A stretch of 64,000 nucleotides of DNA from an uncultured Thermoplasmatales archaeon (GCA_963807965.1 CAWEDU010000017.1:207452-271451), one strand, 5' to 3'. Numbered from the stretch's first letter, positions 40,805-52,852 are shown. Notes: generated by a model from the letters alone, not told the origin. Translations and numbers: made by a program.

Positions 40805-43800
40805 TTGATTGATATGAGTGCGTTGATAACAAAGACGTTTTGCCTTTGGGTGGCGATCTTTCTGGCCTTTCTGGCCGGAATGACCCCCTCAGGTACGGCG
40901 TCAACGGGAGCAGGTCCCTGGACCGAAGAAAAGGTCCTTGAGGAGGGACTTGACCAGGAACCTGCTCCCAGAAACATGTCACGGGGGGACCTTCTTCTTG
41001 CAGAAAGTGAGGAGGTTACCATCCATGGTAATCTGACCTACCGGAGGGCATTGTTGGGGAAGGATTCCATTCTGAACCTTGAAGATTGTAATCTTACCCT
41101 AATAGGGGACGGGAATGAGATACCCTCAATAACCGGTCACCCTTCCACTCTTGCACTCATCAATTCAAGCATAATCCTATCAGGAATGGATGGATCCTCA
41201 AAGATAAGGAGCGCTGGTTCCAATGTCTCATTTGATCTGAATGTCACATCATCCTTCGAAATGCTCAATTCCTCCATCTATCTCAGAGGAGGTGAAGGAT
41301 GGACTAAAAGTGATCCTGGAGCTCCGTTTTCGACTTCGCTTTCAGGTTTCGAATTTTCGGGAGGCAATTCAAGCTTCACTCTCCTTGGTGAAATTTCAAC
41401 CAACATAACAATAGTGGATTCCTCAATAGAGTTGTACGGAGGTTATGGAGGAGATGCTGCCGACGGAGAGGACCTGGATTCCGATGATTTCCATCTGTCC
41501 GGTGGTTATACCACCGGTGCAAATCTATCAGGTAAGGTGGGTTCCGGAGGGGGAGTCTCCATGTCATTCAATGCCCCGGGAGCTGTCATGTACCTCTCGA
41601 ATTCCAGTTTCTGGCTTGAGGGTGGATGGGGAGGGATGGCTGGCAATGCAGGGGGTGTTGTCTGGGATGGGGAAAAGACATACACCCATCCCACGACTTC
41701 AGGAGGATACTCCTCGGGAGGATGGAGCGAAGGAGAACCCTTTGATCCGGGGACTGTTAGCGGTGATGTAGGGTCTGGCGGTCATACTTCACTGGAGATC
41801 CTTGTTGATGATCTAACAATGATGGGATGTCGCCTGTCCCTTGGTTCAGGTGGAGGGGGAAGATCCGGAGAAGGGGGATATTGCATCTCTGATGTGACCG
41901 GAAACCCCGGGACAGCTACCAATACCCTGGGAGGTGGAGGAGGGGGCAGTTATGCAGGAGGATATGGTGGTTATCAGATGATCATTGAGTGGGACGGAGG
42001 GGATGGTGGTAAGATCATGGACCGTGTCGCCAGAGGTGGTGATTCCGAGGTAATGATAAACTGTACCAGATGCATCTGGATGGAGGATAATTTCATTGGA
42101 TGCGCGGGTGGTTCAGTATGGAACCCGAACAGAGGAGGTGCAGGGGGTGGTGATTTGTCATTGGTTATTGATGGAGGTGGTGGAGGAGGATCCGGATATT
42201 CTGGTGGAGGCGGTGCTTCCGCAGAAATGCTTTGTACAATTCAATGAAAGGAGGATCTCCTGGCTGGATCGGCCCTGATGTTGGAGATGCCGGTGATTAC
42301 AAGGTCAAACTTACAGCTCCAATGGTAATGGCCAGGGGGAGAACTGAGAAATATCTCTACGGCGGGATCTCGACCGGTACCTCAGATGTAAACGGGAAGA
42401 GCGGTGAGGTGTCCGCCATGACAGAATATCAGGGGGGAGAAGGAGGAACCGGTTTGGAAAAGGGAAAAAGGGATGGAAGTGGAACATACAGAGGTCCTCT
42501 ACCCGCACCATTTCCGATCTATCCGTTGGATGGTGAGATCATCACGGATCTTTCCGAACCATTCGAATGGTGCCCCCTGGATACAGGCTATTATCCTGCT
42601 TCAGGAAATGAGTTCACCTTCAGATTGACAGGATCTTTGAATATCAATGATGTTATCCAGGAGTTCAATGTAACATCGCTTTCAACTTCCCTGATGGATG
42701 AGATCGAGGATGGTCACTATTACTGGACTATCAAACCCCACAAGGGAAATGCAGTAACCACCTGGATGAAACCCCAGCTTTTCACAGTCGACCGTACAGC
42801 TCCGGTAGTTCTTTCAGGTCCGGTATTTCCATGGGTTCCCTCCTCGGATCCGGTTTGTAATGTGAGATACATCGAGAACTTGACAGGTCTGGATCCGGAT
42901 TCGGTAATGGTAAGGTACGGTCCCCTTGAGGGGCCATTCGGGGAATGGTTCTCAGCAAATACCATTGAAGAAGGAAATGGAATTCATTCCGTTGAGGTGG
43001 TCCTCCCCTCAGAAGAGAGCAATTATACCTTCTATGTCAAAGCTTCGGACTGGGCAGGAAACGGTCCTATCCTTGCAGGTCCTTATTTCATCGGAGTTGA
43101 CGGATCACCTCCTTTGATAGAGGACCTTACACCTTCTGGCTGGACCAATACTTCATTCCATCTCTCTTTCAGATCCTCGGACCGTTTATCAGGTCTTTCC
43201 CGTAACTTCACATTGAATATTCAAGGTCCTTTTGGAAGCACCATCAAAGATATCCTTCCAGAGGAATATGAGGGGGGCCTTTTCAGAACCATTGGGTCTT
43301 TTCAACTTGAAGAAGGTAACTATACCTTCGAGCTTGTCACAAAAGATGCTGTCGATAACCTCGGAACATCCGGACCGCTTTCGGTCCTTGTTGATGGGAG
43401 CTGTCCGATATTGATGGCTTACACTCCAGCTGATGGGGCTATATTCAACGATCCCTTACCGGCACCCTTGATCAAGGTTGTGGATAGATTGAGCGGTCCT
43501 CTGATGATGGAGTATCATCTGGAAGGGCCTTCAGGAATATTCGATCTGAGGTACTTCGATCTGCTTGATACCGTTGACGTGAACATAGGCCAGCCTCTTT
43601 CCGAGGGGAATTACACCTGGTATGCGAATGCATCTGACCAGGTTGGGAACAGAATGTCCGCAGGTCCTTTCCATTTCATGGTGGATATGACACCGCCGAT
43701 CGTCGAGGTTTTAGGAATCGAAGAAGAAAACACCATTATGATCCACAGTAATGATATTCTCACCGGATTGGAAGAGGCCGAGGTCAGATGCGAGATACCG

Positions 43801-45279
43801 GGAAAGAACGGATGGATAGAGGTCTGGAAGGAGACCATGGACCTCATTCCGGGACCTCCACAAAGTGACTATTCATTGAATATTGAACATACCATTCCTG
43901 GACCAGTCTGCTACCTGTCAGTCAAAGGTACGGACCAAGCGCAGAATATTGGTGATTGGTCCTCCCGGACCAGGATAAACGGACCCGGTTCTGAACTGAA
44001 CATTTATATTGAGATCCCAAGTGTGGTCGGAGCAAATCCGCTGTTAGAGGTCAAGATGGACCTGCCTCTGGGGGTGGACATCTCATCAGTTTCCATGAAG
44101 CTCGAACCCGGCCTTGGTACCATAGCGGTCCTTAAACCAAGATCATTGGAGGTCCTGACCAATTCAACTCCGATCCAGGGATCCGATCTCCTGGTCCCAT
44201 CGAGGGTCAAAGCAGCATTTCAGGTCCCGTTCGATGAAGGTGTATTCGAGGCCTGGATAACATTCAGGGATGGATTGCCACTTCCGGTCGAGAGGATATG
44301 GGGTCCTCATTCCCTTACAGTTGACGGGGAATCACCTCTCATCGATCTGGAGGCAGACCCCTTCTATACAGAGGTCCCCGCAAGGGTGACCTTCGATGCA
44401 AGCGATAAGACATCCGATATATCCATGATGGAGATCTCTGTTGGCGGGGGGGAATTCGGACCTTTCGATCTGCCAGGAGCTCCGTCACTGCATCTAAATG
44501 AAGCTGGGAGTTCATGGATCATGGTGAATTTCTCGTACGGACCCGAAACCGAAATAATTGTAAGGGTCCTCGATGAAGCAGGAAATATGGCAGAAGGATC
44601 GGTGACCACCAGGGCAACGAGACCTCCTTTCGTGAGCATCGAGAGGTCATATACAGGAACAGTAGTTTCCGGAGAGGAATTTCAGCTCACTGCGGACTGC
44701 CAGGACCCTGAGGGTGATATCCTTTCATTTTCATGGTATGTGGATGATGTCCCTGCAGGTACAGGAGAGGTCCTCTCCCTGGTCCTTGAGAACGGGACCC
44801 ACCGGATCGTCCTGAACTGTTCAGATGGAGACCTTTTCGTCCAGAAAGAGATGATGATCATTGCAGAAGGACCTGCAATTGAATTGGAGGAGAAACAGGG
44901 TTCACAGGAGAAGGGTCCTGCTTTTCTCCTAGTTGCAGGTATGATCGTTTCCATTCTTGTCATGGCTATGATCTCAGTGATCCTGGTCCTCTGGAGGAGA
45001 GGGGATAGATCTGATGGCGATGAAGAGGATGAGGAAGTTTGGGGTGATGGGGACTCGGTCAAGACAGGGAGGACCGGTGAAGGTCTTCAAGATGACATCA
45101 GTAAATCGAACGGGGAAGATATCGGTATCCACTGTGATATCTGCCTGAGAAGGTTATCAGGAAGCTCCAGGACCGTGAAATGTAGATGCGGAGCACAATT
45201 CCACAGAGCCTGCGCTTCCAGGGAAGGGGAATGTCCCGAATGCGGAAGGGAGATAATGCTCCCATCCGATGGCATATAG
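40805..45279 (+). CDS. Giant (~1490 aa) single-pass surface protein: signal peptide, beta-helix-like NxS/T-rich region, Gly-rich region, multiple Ig-like (DxAGN) domains, a PKD-like domain, a TM helix, and a cytoplasmic C4HC3 zinc-finger-like tail. One frameshift lies near 42235-42247.
   Basis: Signal peptide MSALITKTFCLWVAIFLAFLAGMTP. GG(Y/S)GG-rich region from 41400 to 42450. The second ORF starts at TTG with an open upstream frame, so it is treated as a continuation. Repeated TxP..DxxGN modules. The TM segment AFLLVAGMIVSILVMAMISVILVLW is followed by RRGDR. The tail reads HCDICLRRLSGSSRTVKCRCGAQFHRACASREGECPECG. Confidence 0.7.
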
Positions 45280-45297
45280 AATGGAAACGGTTTTATC

Positions 45298-48200
45298 ATG
45301 ATCATGTATCTCCGGGAAAGAACAGGGGGGATGAAAACGGGAAAACGAACCACCTTGGTGATATCACTCGTAATCATGTTATCTTCACTTTCAGGTCTAT
45401 TTCTCATTTCAGAGGGGGTTGAAGGTGTATCCAGAAGCAGCTCTGCTATTCATGATGCTGGCAATTTCACAATAGAGATCGATGATGATGGCGGAGCCTC
45501 CGCTTGGTCATAGATTGGAATTCCCGAAGGGAGCTGACAGGCTGTGATAATGCATATTTCGGGATCGGGACCGGTCCAGATTCTGTCGATTTCGGAGAAC
45601 ATGATGAATTCCATACCCTTGATCCTCTTAACATCTCCATCCCCGGGAACTACACTGATGAGGAAGGATACTGCTCCTTCACAGGCTGGAACGGTGAGGA
45701 TTTCGAGGGGGTCAACATCACACAGAGGACCTTTGTAAATCGTTATATCGAGAATACCAGGGGAAACACAGGGAGATGGATGGTCATAGACTACGAGATT
45801 GATTCACCCGTTGAATACCTCTCTCCTATCTACATTATCCAGACAATGAACGTGGACCTCGGAGCTTCCGCAACTGATGACAAGTTCTCCTTCATTCCGG
45901 AAATAAACACGACCGTCATATCCGACGGGACCACATTCGTGGGTCTCGGCTTCTTTGACCTATCAGGTTCTTCCTACTTCAACGGGCATAATGCTGGTGT
46001 TTACGGTCCCGGGGTATATTCAGGTGAGAATGAGGTCTGGGATCAGATGTCAACACCCAACAATCAGACCTCCTCGGTCACAGGACAGGACTGGTACATG
46101 GATATCTCGGCCAAGGTCCCTGAAAATGAGACCGGCAATCCTTTCCATGTGTCCTTTGCGGTCCTTGTAGGTTCTTCAATATTCGATATCAAAGCCGCTT
46201 ACAACGATGCGGTTAACGGCCTCAAAGGATTCTGGACAGGACCATGGCTTCCAAACTGGTCGACCGGAATGGTTGAAATGGAGTTCTCCTACGAAGGTCC
46301 TTTCTTCCCCCCTGCCTCAATGGATCTGAACCTCCAAAAAAAGGAAGGTGGAGGACCATGGGAGAATATCGGCATCGTCCACCCCAATATCATACCAGGA
46401 TCCCTAAATGCCTCATACTTGCTGAATACGACCGAACTCATACCGGATTGGGGTTCTATCTCATGGACCATGGATTCCAATTCCAGGTTCGGTTTCAGAG
46501 ATATGAACGATTCAGGCATATTCAAGGTCGATAACAAGGGCCCTGACACCTCAATGCTTGCCATCAATGACGATCCGACTGGAACCCTTACCATCCTGAC
46601 CAACGCCGGGGACAGGGGAGGGTCGGGGTTATATTCCACATTCATGTCGGTGGACGGTATCTACTTCATTCCATCCCAGCAAATGGAATTATTCGATGAT
46701 GGAACCGATTTCGATTTCTTTGCTTACACCGTGGACATAGCAGGAAATCAGGGTCCAACGGTCTCACTGATCGATCAGGTGAATGACGGAACAGCCCCCC
46801 AGATCAATCGGTTCACCTTGGAACCCCTTGAGATCGACGAGAACACAGATGTTCCGGCCACAGTGATATTGAAAGCTTCCGATGCAACTTCCGGAATAGA
46901 TACTTCCTCTGCGAAGATGAGGTATGGCATCACCACACCTACTTCTGAATGGATCCAGATGGACCTTCTCGAAGGCAATTTCACTTCTTCCATAGACCTT
47001 GATTGGGATGCCCTGCAAGGATCTGAACTTGCAGTCAAGGTAATGATCTCAGATATGCCTAGGAAATTCCAAGGATATGACGATCAAGGAACTGATAGAT
47101 CCGTTGAACGATCCTCCTGAATTCTCGATATCCCTCTCTGGAGAAAGATGGTCCTCAGAAGATATCGGAATATCACTTGAAGGGGCGGATCCGGACGGTG
47201 ACGATGTCACCTTCTCTTTCGATTACAAACTCGGGAACGGGAACTGGAAGGATGTCCCTCCTACCTCACTTGAAGAGACCGATCCATATCATTTCCTTAT
47301 TGACGTCCCCAGGGAGGATTTCGAGGGACTTCTGCAGATCCAATGCACTGTGGATGATGGAACAGACCAGGTTCCATTGCCAGTCGTTTCCAGGGATATC
47401 GATATGAAACCCCCATCAATAGAGGTCACAGGGCATCCGGGAACGGGTTGGACGACATCAAAACCAAGATTGAAGATAAACTCAACGGACAGTGGTTCCG
47501 GTATTTCGATCATGGGATTCATGGTTGAAAAGAAAGGAGATTTCGAGTTCATACCTGGAAATGAGATCGGTCTGAACACCGAGGGTCAGTTCAATGTAAC
47601 GGCAATGGTCGAGGACAAGGCTGGAAACACCAGGTCCATTGCTCTCGACCCGATGAGGATCGACCTCCATTCTCCTGTTATAAGCAATATTACACTTCCT
47701 GTGAAGGACAAAGCTCCCGGAGATGACCTATCCATTGAATTCAAGGTTTCCGACACATTGGGTTTCGATCTGGTAAAGGTGGTGCAGGACCCGTCTCTCT
47801 ATATCACATCCTATATCCTGTCCGGGGGAACGGTCCTTTCCACAGGATCAATAATTCCGATCCAAGAGTAATTCATTCGAAGCCTTCTTCGAAGATCCAT
47901 TCACAACTGAGATCAAGGAATATTCTGTCAGGATAGATGTAACAGATGAGGCAGGCAACAAGGATGAATATGAGTCCCCCAAGACTGAATGTTTCGACCC
48001 CTTTCATCGAGGAAGAACCCCCCTTCGATATCGAATTCCCGGAAAAAGTGGTCCTGGCCGAGGATCTCAAGATAAACATCACCTGGGAAGGTCCTCTGGT
48101 CCTGGAGGCAATGTATCCAGGCACACTCATATCCTGGATCATCACGGCTGAGAGGACCTCGGGGAATGAAAGGACCTACGATCTTCCAGGGACATATTCG

Positions 48201-48773
48201 AACGGTGATATTCAGTTCAAGGTCCATTATGGTGAAGCTGGATCAGATGAGGTCAATATGACCTATCCCTCGGATTGGTATCGTATCAATGTTACAGGAT
48301 GGATCGATTCTGACGGGGACCTGCTTTCCAACGCCTTCGAGTCCAGACATGGTTTGGACCCCTTCGTCCTGGATGATATCGAAGAAGATGAAGACGGAGA
48401 TGGTCTGAACCTTCTGGAGGAGATGTACAACCTGACCGATCCCGATGAAAAGGATTCCGATGGGGATGGGATCAACGATGGTTGGGAAGCCGAGATGGGG
48501 ACCCTCCCATTCAGGAACGACAGGAATGAGGATCCAGATTCTGATGGTTGGTTCAATTTCAAGGAATTCGATGGTGAGACCGATCCCAGGGACCCCGAGG
48601 ACCATCCCGAGGAACCTCCGGCAACCCAATGGTACTGGATACTCCTTATCGTGTTGGTCCTTCTGGGGATCATTGGATATTTCCTCTGGCAGACAATAAA
48701 CCGACGGAAGCTGGAGGACGACCTTGAAGCAATGGATGAGGAGATGAGCTGGGACCTCTCGAAAGGAAGATGA
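45298..48773 (+). CDS. Second giant surface protein: signal peptide, Ig-like DxAGN domains, Asp-rich Ca-binding-type repeats, and a C-terminal TM anchor. It is disrupted by at least 4 frame changes (near 45500, 47050-47110, 47871, 47930-47990); it is either frameshifted or a pseudogene.
   Basis: The chained ORFs are 45298..45513 (signal peptide MKTGKRTTLVISLVIMLSSLSGLFLISEG), 45504..47120, 47077..47871, an unlisted Met-less frame 47873..48150 (VRIDVTDEAGNKDE), and 47946..48773 (DSDGDLLSNAFE...DEKDSDGDGINDGWEAE...DPDSDGWFNFKEFDGETDPRD, TM WYWILLIVLVLLGIIGYFLW). Each piece opens where the previous one closes. Confidence 0.5.
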
Positions 48774-48927
48774 ACAGGATGATCAAGATTCCAAAAATGA
48801 TCCAATGAAAGAATTCGGGAGGCTAGTTATTTAATCAGACATGGATCCCGAATACAGGTCTAAAAATGAAAATAAGCAAAATATAATATCTATCAAGTAA
48901 TACCATCGATACAAGAGGTCCATTCCA

Positions 48928-49944
48928 ATGCCACAGAACGACCAGGAGTTCATGCAGATCCTGAATATAATCCGGAGAGGTCAGAAGCTTGTCCTCCAAG
49001 CAAAGAAGGAGGGAGCCGAGATCCAAATGGCAGAGGAACTCATCAACGAGGCAAAATACGCCTTGAAGATCGACAAGAGGGAGGAGGCCGTTGACTATGC
49101 CAAGAAGTGCATAGTCGAGGTCATCAGGGCAAAGAGGGAGATGGATACCGAGAATTTGACCCATGAGGGTGCCCTTGAGAAGCTCACAAAGGAGGAGCTC
49201 AGGCAGAAGTGCAAGGAGCTCGGCCTGGAATCCCTTGGACTCAAGTCTGATCTGGTGGAAAGGATCAAGGAACGGCTTGTGGAGATGAAAGGAACTCCAC
49301 CACCGATCAATGAAGAGAAGGTTCTGGAGGAGGTCTTGCCCCCTGAACCGGAACCAGAGGTACCTAAAAAGACCGTTCAGGATAAGGCCGCCCCAACCCC
49401 TCCTGCCAACGGTGAGGTAACCGATGGTGTGGAAGCTCTCACCAAGAATGCTTGGAATCCAAAAAAGGCGGCAAAGGAGCTGACACCGGGTCTCTCATAT
49501 CTGATAGAGGAGAAAAGACCAGAACGGCTCTTTCACATTTACAAGGCCCTGAAGGAGATGGGAATGGAGGGAATAATTATCTCCAGGACCAACTCGAAGA
49601 TCCTTGCGAGGACATATGGTGTCAACGAGAAAGAGACAGTATGGCTGACCGGCAAGGAGATCGAAGGTGAGATCCGATCTGTCCTTCCGATCCTGGAATT
49701 CATCATGTCCATTTACGAGGAGTTCATGGAAACCACCGGTAACGGGGTCATTCTCCTTGATGGTCTCGAATATCTGCTCACAAACAACAAGTTCAATTCC
49801 GTTCTTAGGTTTATCAGGCAGCTTGTGGACAATATCTCACAGACAGAATGCATCCTCATGGTTGCACTTTCACCGGACGCACTGGATTCCACAGAAGTGA
49901 CGCTTCTTGAGAAGGACCTTCTCCCGATGAACTACATCGAGTAG
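48928..49944 (+). CDS. SAP-domain protein with a C-terminal DUF835-like domain.
   Basis: SAP motif LTKEELRQKCKELGLESLGLKSDLVERIKERL. An acidic/Pro linker follows, then a region that fits DUF835 from memory (tentative). Confidence 0.5.
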   Translation: MPQNDQEFMQILNIIRRGQKLVLQAKKEGAEIQMAEELINEAKYALKIDKREEAVDYAKKCIVEVIRAKREMDTENLTHEGALEKLTKEELRQKCKELGLESLGLKSDLVERIKERLVEMKGTPPPINEEKVLEEVLPPEPEPEVPKKTVQDKAAPTPPANGEVTDGVEALTKNAWNPKKAAKELTPGLSYLIEEKRPERLFHIYKALKEMGMEGIIISRTNSKILARTYGVNEKETVWLTGKEIEGEIRSVLPILEFIMSIYEEFMETTGNGVILLDGLEYLLTNNKFNSVLRFIRQLVDNISQTECILMVALSPDALDSTEVTLLEKDLLPMNYIE

Positions 49945-50690
49945 TATCCTACATTCTGAAGGAAAGCCTTCTCAAAGGACCCATATATCTCTTTGATATT
50001 CACTGTATTATCAGTTATCATTACTTTGCCTTTGTTGATGATGGCTACTCTGCCACAGAGCTCCTCAGCGAGTGACAGGATATGGGTGGATAGAAGGATA
50101 GTACCTCCATTTCGGGCATATTCCAGAAGATGGTCCTTCACCTTTCGTTGATATATGGGGTCCAGATTGATGAATGGTTCATCAAGAAGTAGTAGCGGAG
50201 GCTTATGGATGAATGCAGATGACAGCATCAGCTTCTGCCTGGTTCCCTTTGACATATTCTTCGCAATGGTCTGTCTATAGGATCCCAGATCGAAGAAGTC
50301 CACCCATTCTCTCTTTTCGTCCTCATCCTTTTCCCTTCTTCTGGTATCCATGACGAAATCAAGGAACTCATCAAGTTTGAGGAAAGATGGGGGTGTTTCA
50401 GATTCGGGAACATATCCCGTGAAAGATTTTATCCTCAAACTTTCGGTGGAAGGGTCCATTCCAAGGATGCCGATCCTTCCCCGATCCGGTCTTTCAGTTC
50501 CGATCAGGGATCTCATCAATGTAGATTTTCCGGCACCATTGGGGCCTATCAATCCGAAGATCTCTCCTCTTTCAACCTGAATGTTCACATCGTCCAGTGC
50601 CTTCAATTGGCCGAAGGACTTGGATATACCTTTTACAGAAACGGCAGGGCCGTCCCTTTCGGGAGGATCCCATCTGCCTCCGTTGACCAA
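49932..50690 (-). CDS. ABC transporter ATP-binding protein with no adjacent permease gene. Its start abuts the stop of the C11 peptidase gene.
   Basis: Walker A GPNGAGKST, ABC signature LSKGTRQKL, Walker B LLLLDEP, H-loop STH. Confidence 0.8.
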   Translation of the reverse strand: MVNGGRWDPPERDGPAVSVKGISKSFGQLKALDDVNIQVERGEIFGLIGPNGAGKSTLMRSLIGTERPDRGRIGILGMDPSTESLRIKSFTGYVPESETPPSFLKLDEFLDFVMDTRRREKDEDEKREWVDFFDLGSYRQTIAKNMSKGTRQKLMLSSAFIHKPPLLLLDEPFINLDPIYQRKVKDHLLEYARNGGTILLSTHILSLAEELCGRVAIINKGKVMITDNTVNIKEIYGSFEKAFLQNVGYYSM

Positions 50691-52490
50691 TTATTCATTC
50701 CTCCCCCGGAATATTACAACTCCCAGGATAAAGGCAGCGGCAATGATCAGGATCAAGAACGCACTGATGAACCATTGAGGTATCTTGAAGTCCTCTGCAT
50801 CGCTCCTTTCTCCCCCCTGGATGGTTATCTCAGTATGAACAATGCTTGTGGACTTACCCACATTCCCGCCAGTATCTGATACAGGTCTATCGAAAGCTCT
50901 TACCTCAATGCGGTGGGTCCCCAGTCCCAGTAATTCGGAATTCATCTGGTGGAGGAAAGGTATCTTTCCCTGTCCGGATATACCTGGCATGGTGGTCCAT
51001 TCTCCGTTGTCAACTCTTACCTCGACACGGTCGACCATCTCCCTATCGTAGGCGACACCCCTCAGGATTATTGTACCTTCATCAAGAGGGAAGGTCGTAT
51101 TGAACTGAGGGCTGGTTATTGTTACCGTGGGATCTGAATCTTCTATTGGGTCTATTCCATAGTAGGAATGGAGGAATTCATCCCACAGATGCTCCCTTGC
51201 ATAGGATGTCTCCTCGTAGGAGAGGAGATAATTGGTCGGGAGTTGAGTAATGGAAAGGGAATCCTCATCCTTGTTTGGAAAATACATGGAAAGTCCATTT
51301 GCCTCCGGATGCCATTGATCCGCTTCGGATGCAAACATGAATCCCTCTCCCGGAATGTCACTGGTGATGGTTTCCCTCACTTTTGCAGTGAGTTCCTGGA
51401 TCATATTGTTCTTGGGGAAAGCATCTGCAATGTACTGGTCAAGGTATTCTGTGAAATCAATGATATCATAGAGGGGATAGCCAGTCAGATCATAGACGAA
51501 AACATTTGCCATATCGTATGAGTTGCAGTTCTTCCTGGCCTGATATATCTGAAGAAGGTATTCCAATCCCCCGAGGGGGCCCTTAGAACCGAGTTCTTCC
51601 GAGAACTCGTCCAGTACTGCTACGACCTCGTCCATGAGTTCGAGATCGAACGCTGCCTGGGTGACCATTGGGTAATCCTGCGGGTCCTGCTGCTTGTTGT
51701 TATAGGAGTAGATGTATTCATGGACTATTATTGCTGCAAATTCCTTCTCATCCATTCCGGGCTTCTCCGTCAATGGTCCCAGGACCTCATCATAGGGCCA
51801 ACCGTCACCGGGCTCATTGTAACCTGAGCCAACACCGACTTTAACGAAATCCTTGAGCTCATACATGACAGCTACCTGTGCCATAAGACAGGCATCGAAT
51901 CCCCAAAGGTCCATCTTACGATTTCCCAGGACCTTGTAGATCTCTTCAGCAGCATAGTTCACATCCGACATGTTCAGGGCATCATACTCTCCTTCGGGTA
52001 GATCAGGGACAGTATCATCAAAGCATACACCTCTGAAAGCTCCACCATGGTTCCATAATATCAAGGCATATTTCTGTGCGGGATAGTTCTTGACGGACCA
52101 GGAAACAAAATCGATCAACGTTTCAGGGTCGCCCATATTCACTTCACCGAGCCTTCCCTGTTCAGGAGAAGTGATGGTGTCCCTGTCGAGGTCCTTTTCT
52201 ATGTAGAATCTTCGGCAATCATCCCAGTCCCCATTCGTGGAATCATAATCCCTTATCCGGTCCATCTGGACAACAATGTTCACATCATCCGTGGAACCGA
52301 ACTCCTCCATTTCGTTCATATCATCGATCCCTGCAGCCTCCAGATTGTTGTCGGCATCCAGGTAGACCATGAAAGTCCATTTGGGGAGCTCATCCTGCCC
52401 TTGGGTTGGTTCCAGGAAGGGAACCATGGATAGAAAGAAAAGTGAAACGGCGAATATCGAGATAAGCGAAGTTGCCTTCAATGGGTGCAT
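50691..52490 (-). CDS. Clostripain-family (C11) cysteine peptidase with a signal peptide, an Ig-like domain and a C-terminal TM anchor.
   Basis: FMVYLDADNNLE, His region ILWNHGGAFRG, catalytic Cys region WGFDACLMAQ. Signal peptide MHPLKATSLISIFAVSLFFLSMV. C-terminal TM segment WFISAFLILIIAAAFILGVVIF. Confidence 0.8.
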   Translation of the reverse strand: MHPLKATSLISIFAVSLFFLSMVPFLEPTQGQDELPKWTFMVYLDADNNLEAAGIDDMNEMEEFGSTDDVNIVVQMDRIRDYDSTNGDWDDCRRFYIEKDLDRDTITSPEQGRLGEVNMGDPETLIDFVSWSVKNYPAQKYALILWNHGGAFRGVCFDDTVPDLPEGEYDALNMSDVNYAAEEIYKVLGNRKMDLWGFDACLMAQVAVMYELKDFVKVGVGSGYNEPGDGWPYDEVLGPLTEKPGMDEKEFAAIIVHEYIYSYNNKQQDPQDYPMVTQAAFDLELMDEVVAVLDEFSEELGSKGPLGGLEYLLQIYQARKNCNSYDMANVFVYDLTGYPLYDIIDFTEYLDQYIADAFPKNNMIQELTAKVRETITSDIPGEGFMFASEADQWHPEANGLSMYFPNKDEDSLSITQLPTNYLLSYEETSYAREHLWDEFLHSYYGIDPIEDSDPTVTITSPQFNTTFPLDEGTIILRGVAYDREMVDRVEVRVDNGEWTTMPGISGQGKIPFLHQMNSELLGLGTHRIEVRAFDRPVSDTGGNVGKSTSIVHTEITIQGGERSDAEDFKIPQWFISAFLILIIAAAFILGVVIFRGRNE

Positions 52491-52665
52491 CCTCCTTTTA
52501 TTGATTACAACTCCGGTAATGATATAATCTTTATGGTCATGGGTATGAACAGTTACTCCTGAATATCAAAGAAATCCGAACATTAGATATACGTGTGTAC
52601 GATGAAGGTAAAAAAGAACAGGAGGGAGTCCCCTGGAAGAAGCAATCTGCCATATCGAGATAAGC

Positions 52666-52815
52666 ATGGAGGACGATGAGATCGTTGCAAAGCTCCAGAG
52701 TGACCTTGGAGGGATCAGGGAGTTCAGGTCATTGACCTATGAGCAGGTCCTGAAATTGGTGGTCAATGAGCTTCAGGAAGAGCTGGAGTTCAATACAGAA
52801 CATGAGGTCGAGTGA
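52666..52815 (+). CDS. Possible small acidic protein (49 aa) in the 16S leader region.
   Basis: ATG-to-TGA ORF reading MEDDEIVAKLQSDLGGIREFRSLTYEQVLKLVVNELQEELEFNTEHEVE. It is below the track's size cutoff and has no further support. Confidence 0.2.
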   Translation: MEDDEIVAKLQSDLGGIREFRSLTYEQVLKLVVNELQEELEFNTEHEVE

Positions 52816-52852
52816 GCATATCTGGACAGTCCTCTGTTCCATTCGGAAATGT

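Noticed and set aside
40805-42247. Calling the Gly-rich ORF a collagen-like protein.
   Set aside because: There is no Gly-X-Y periodicity. The region is GGxGG/GGYGG-type low complexity preceded by NxS/T-rich beta-strand-like repeats.
42096-42278. Overlapping alternative-frame ORFs inside the Gly-rich segment (for example 42096..42278 +, 41376..41567 -, 41506..41694 -).
   Set aside because: GGN-rich coding sequence is open in all frames. These are frame shadows of the giant surface-protein gene.
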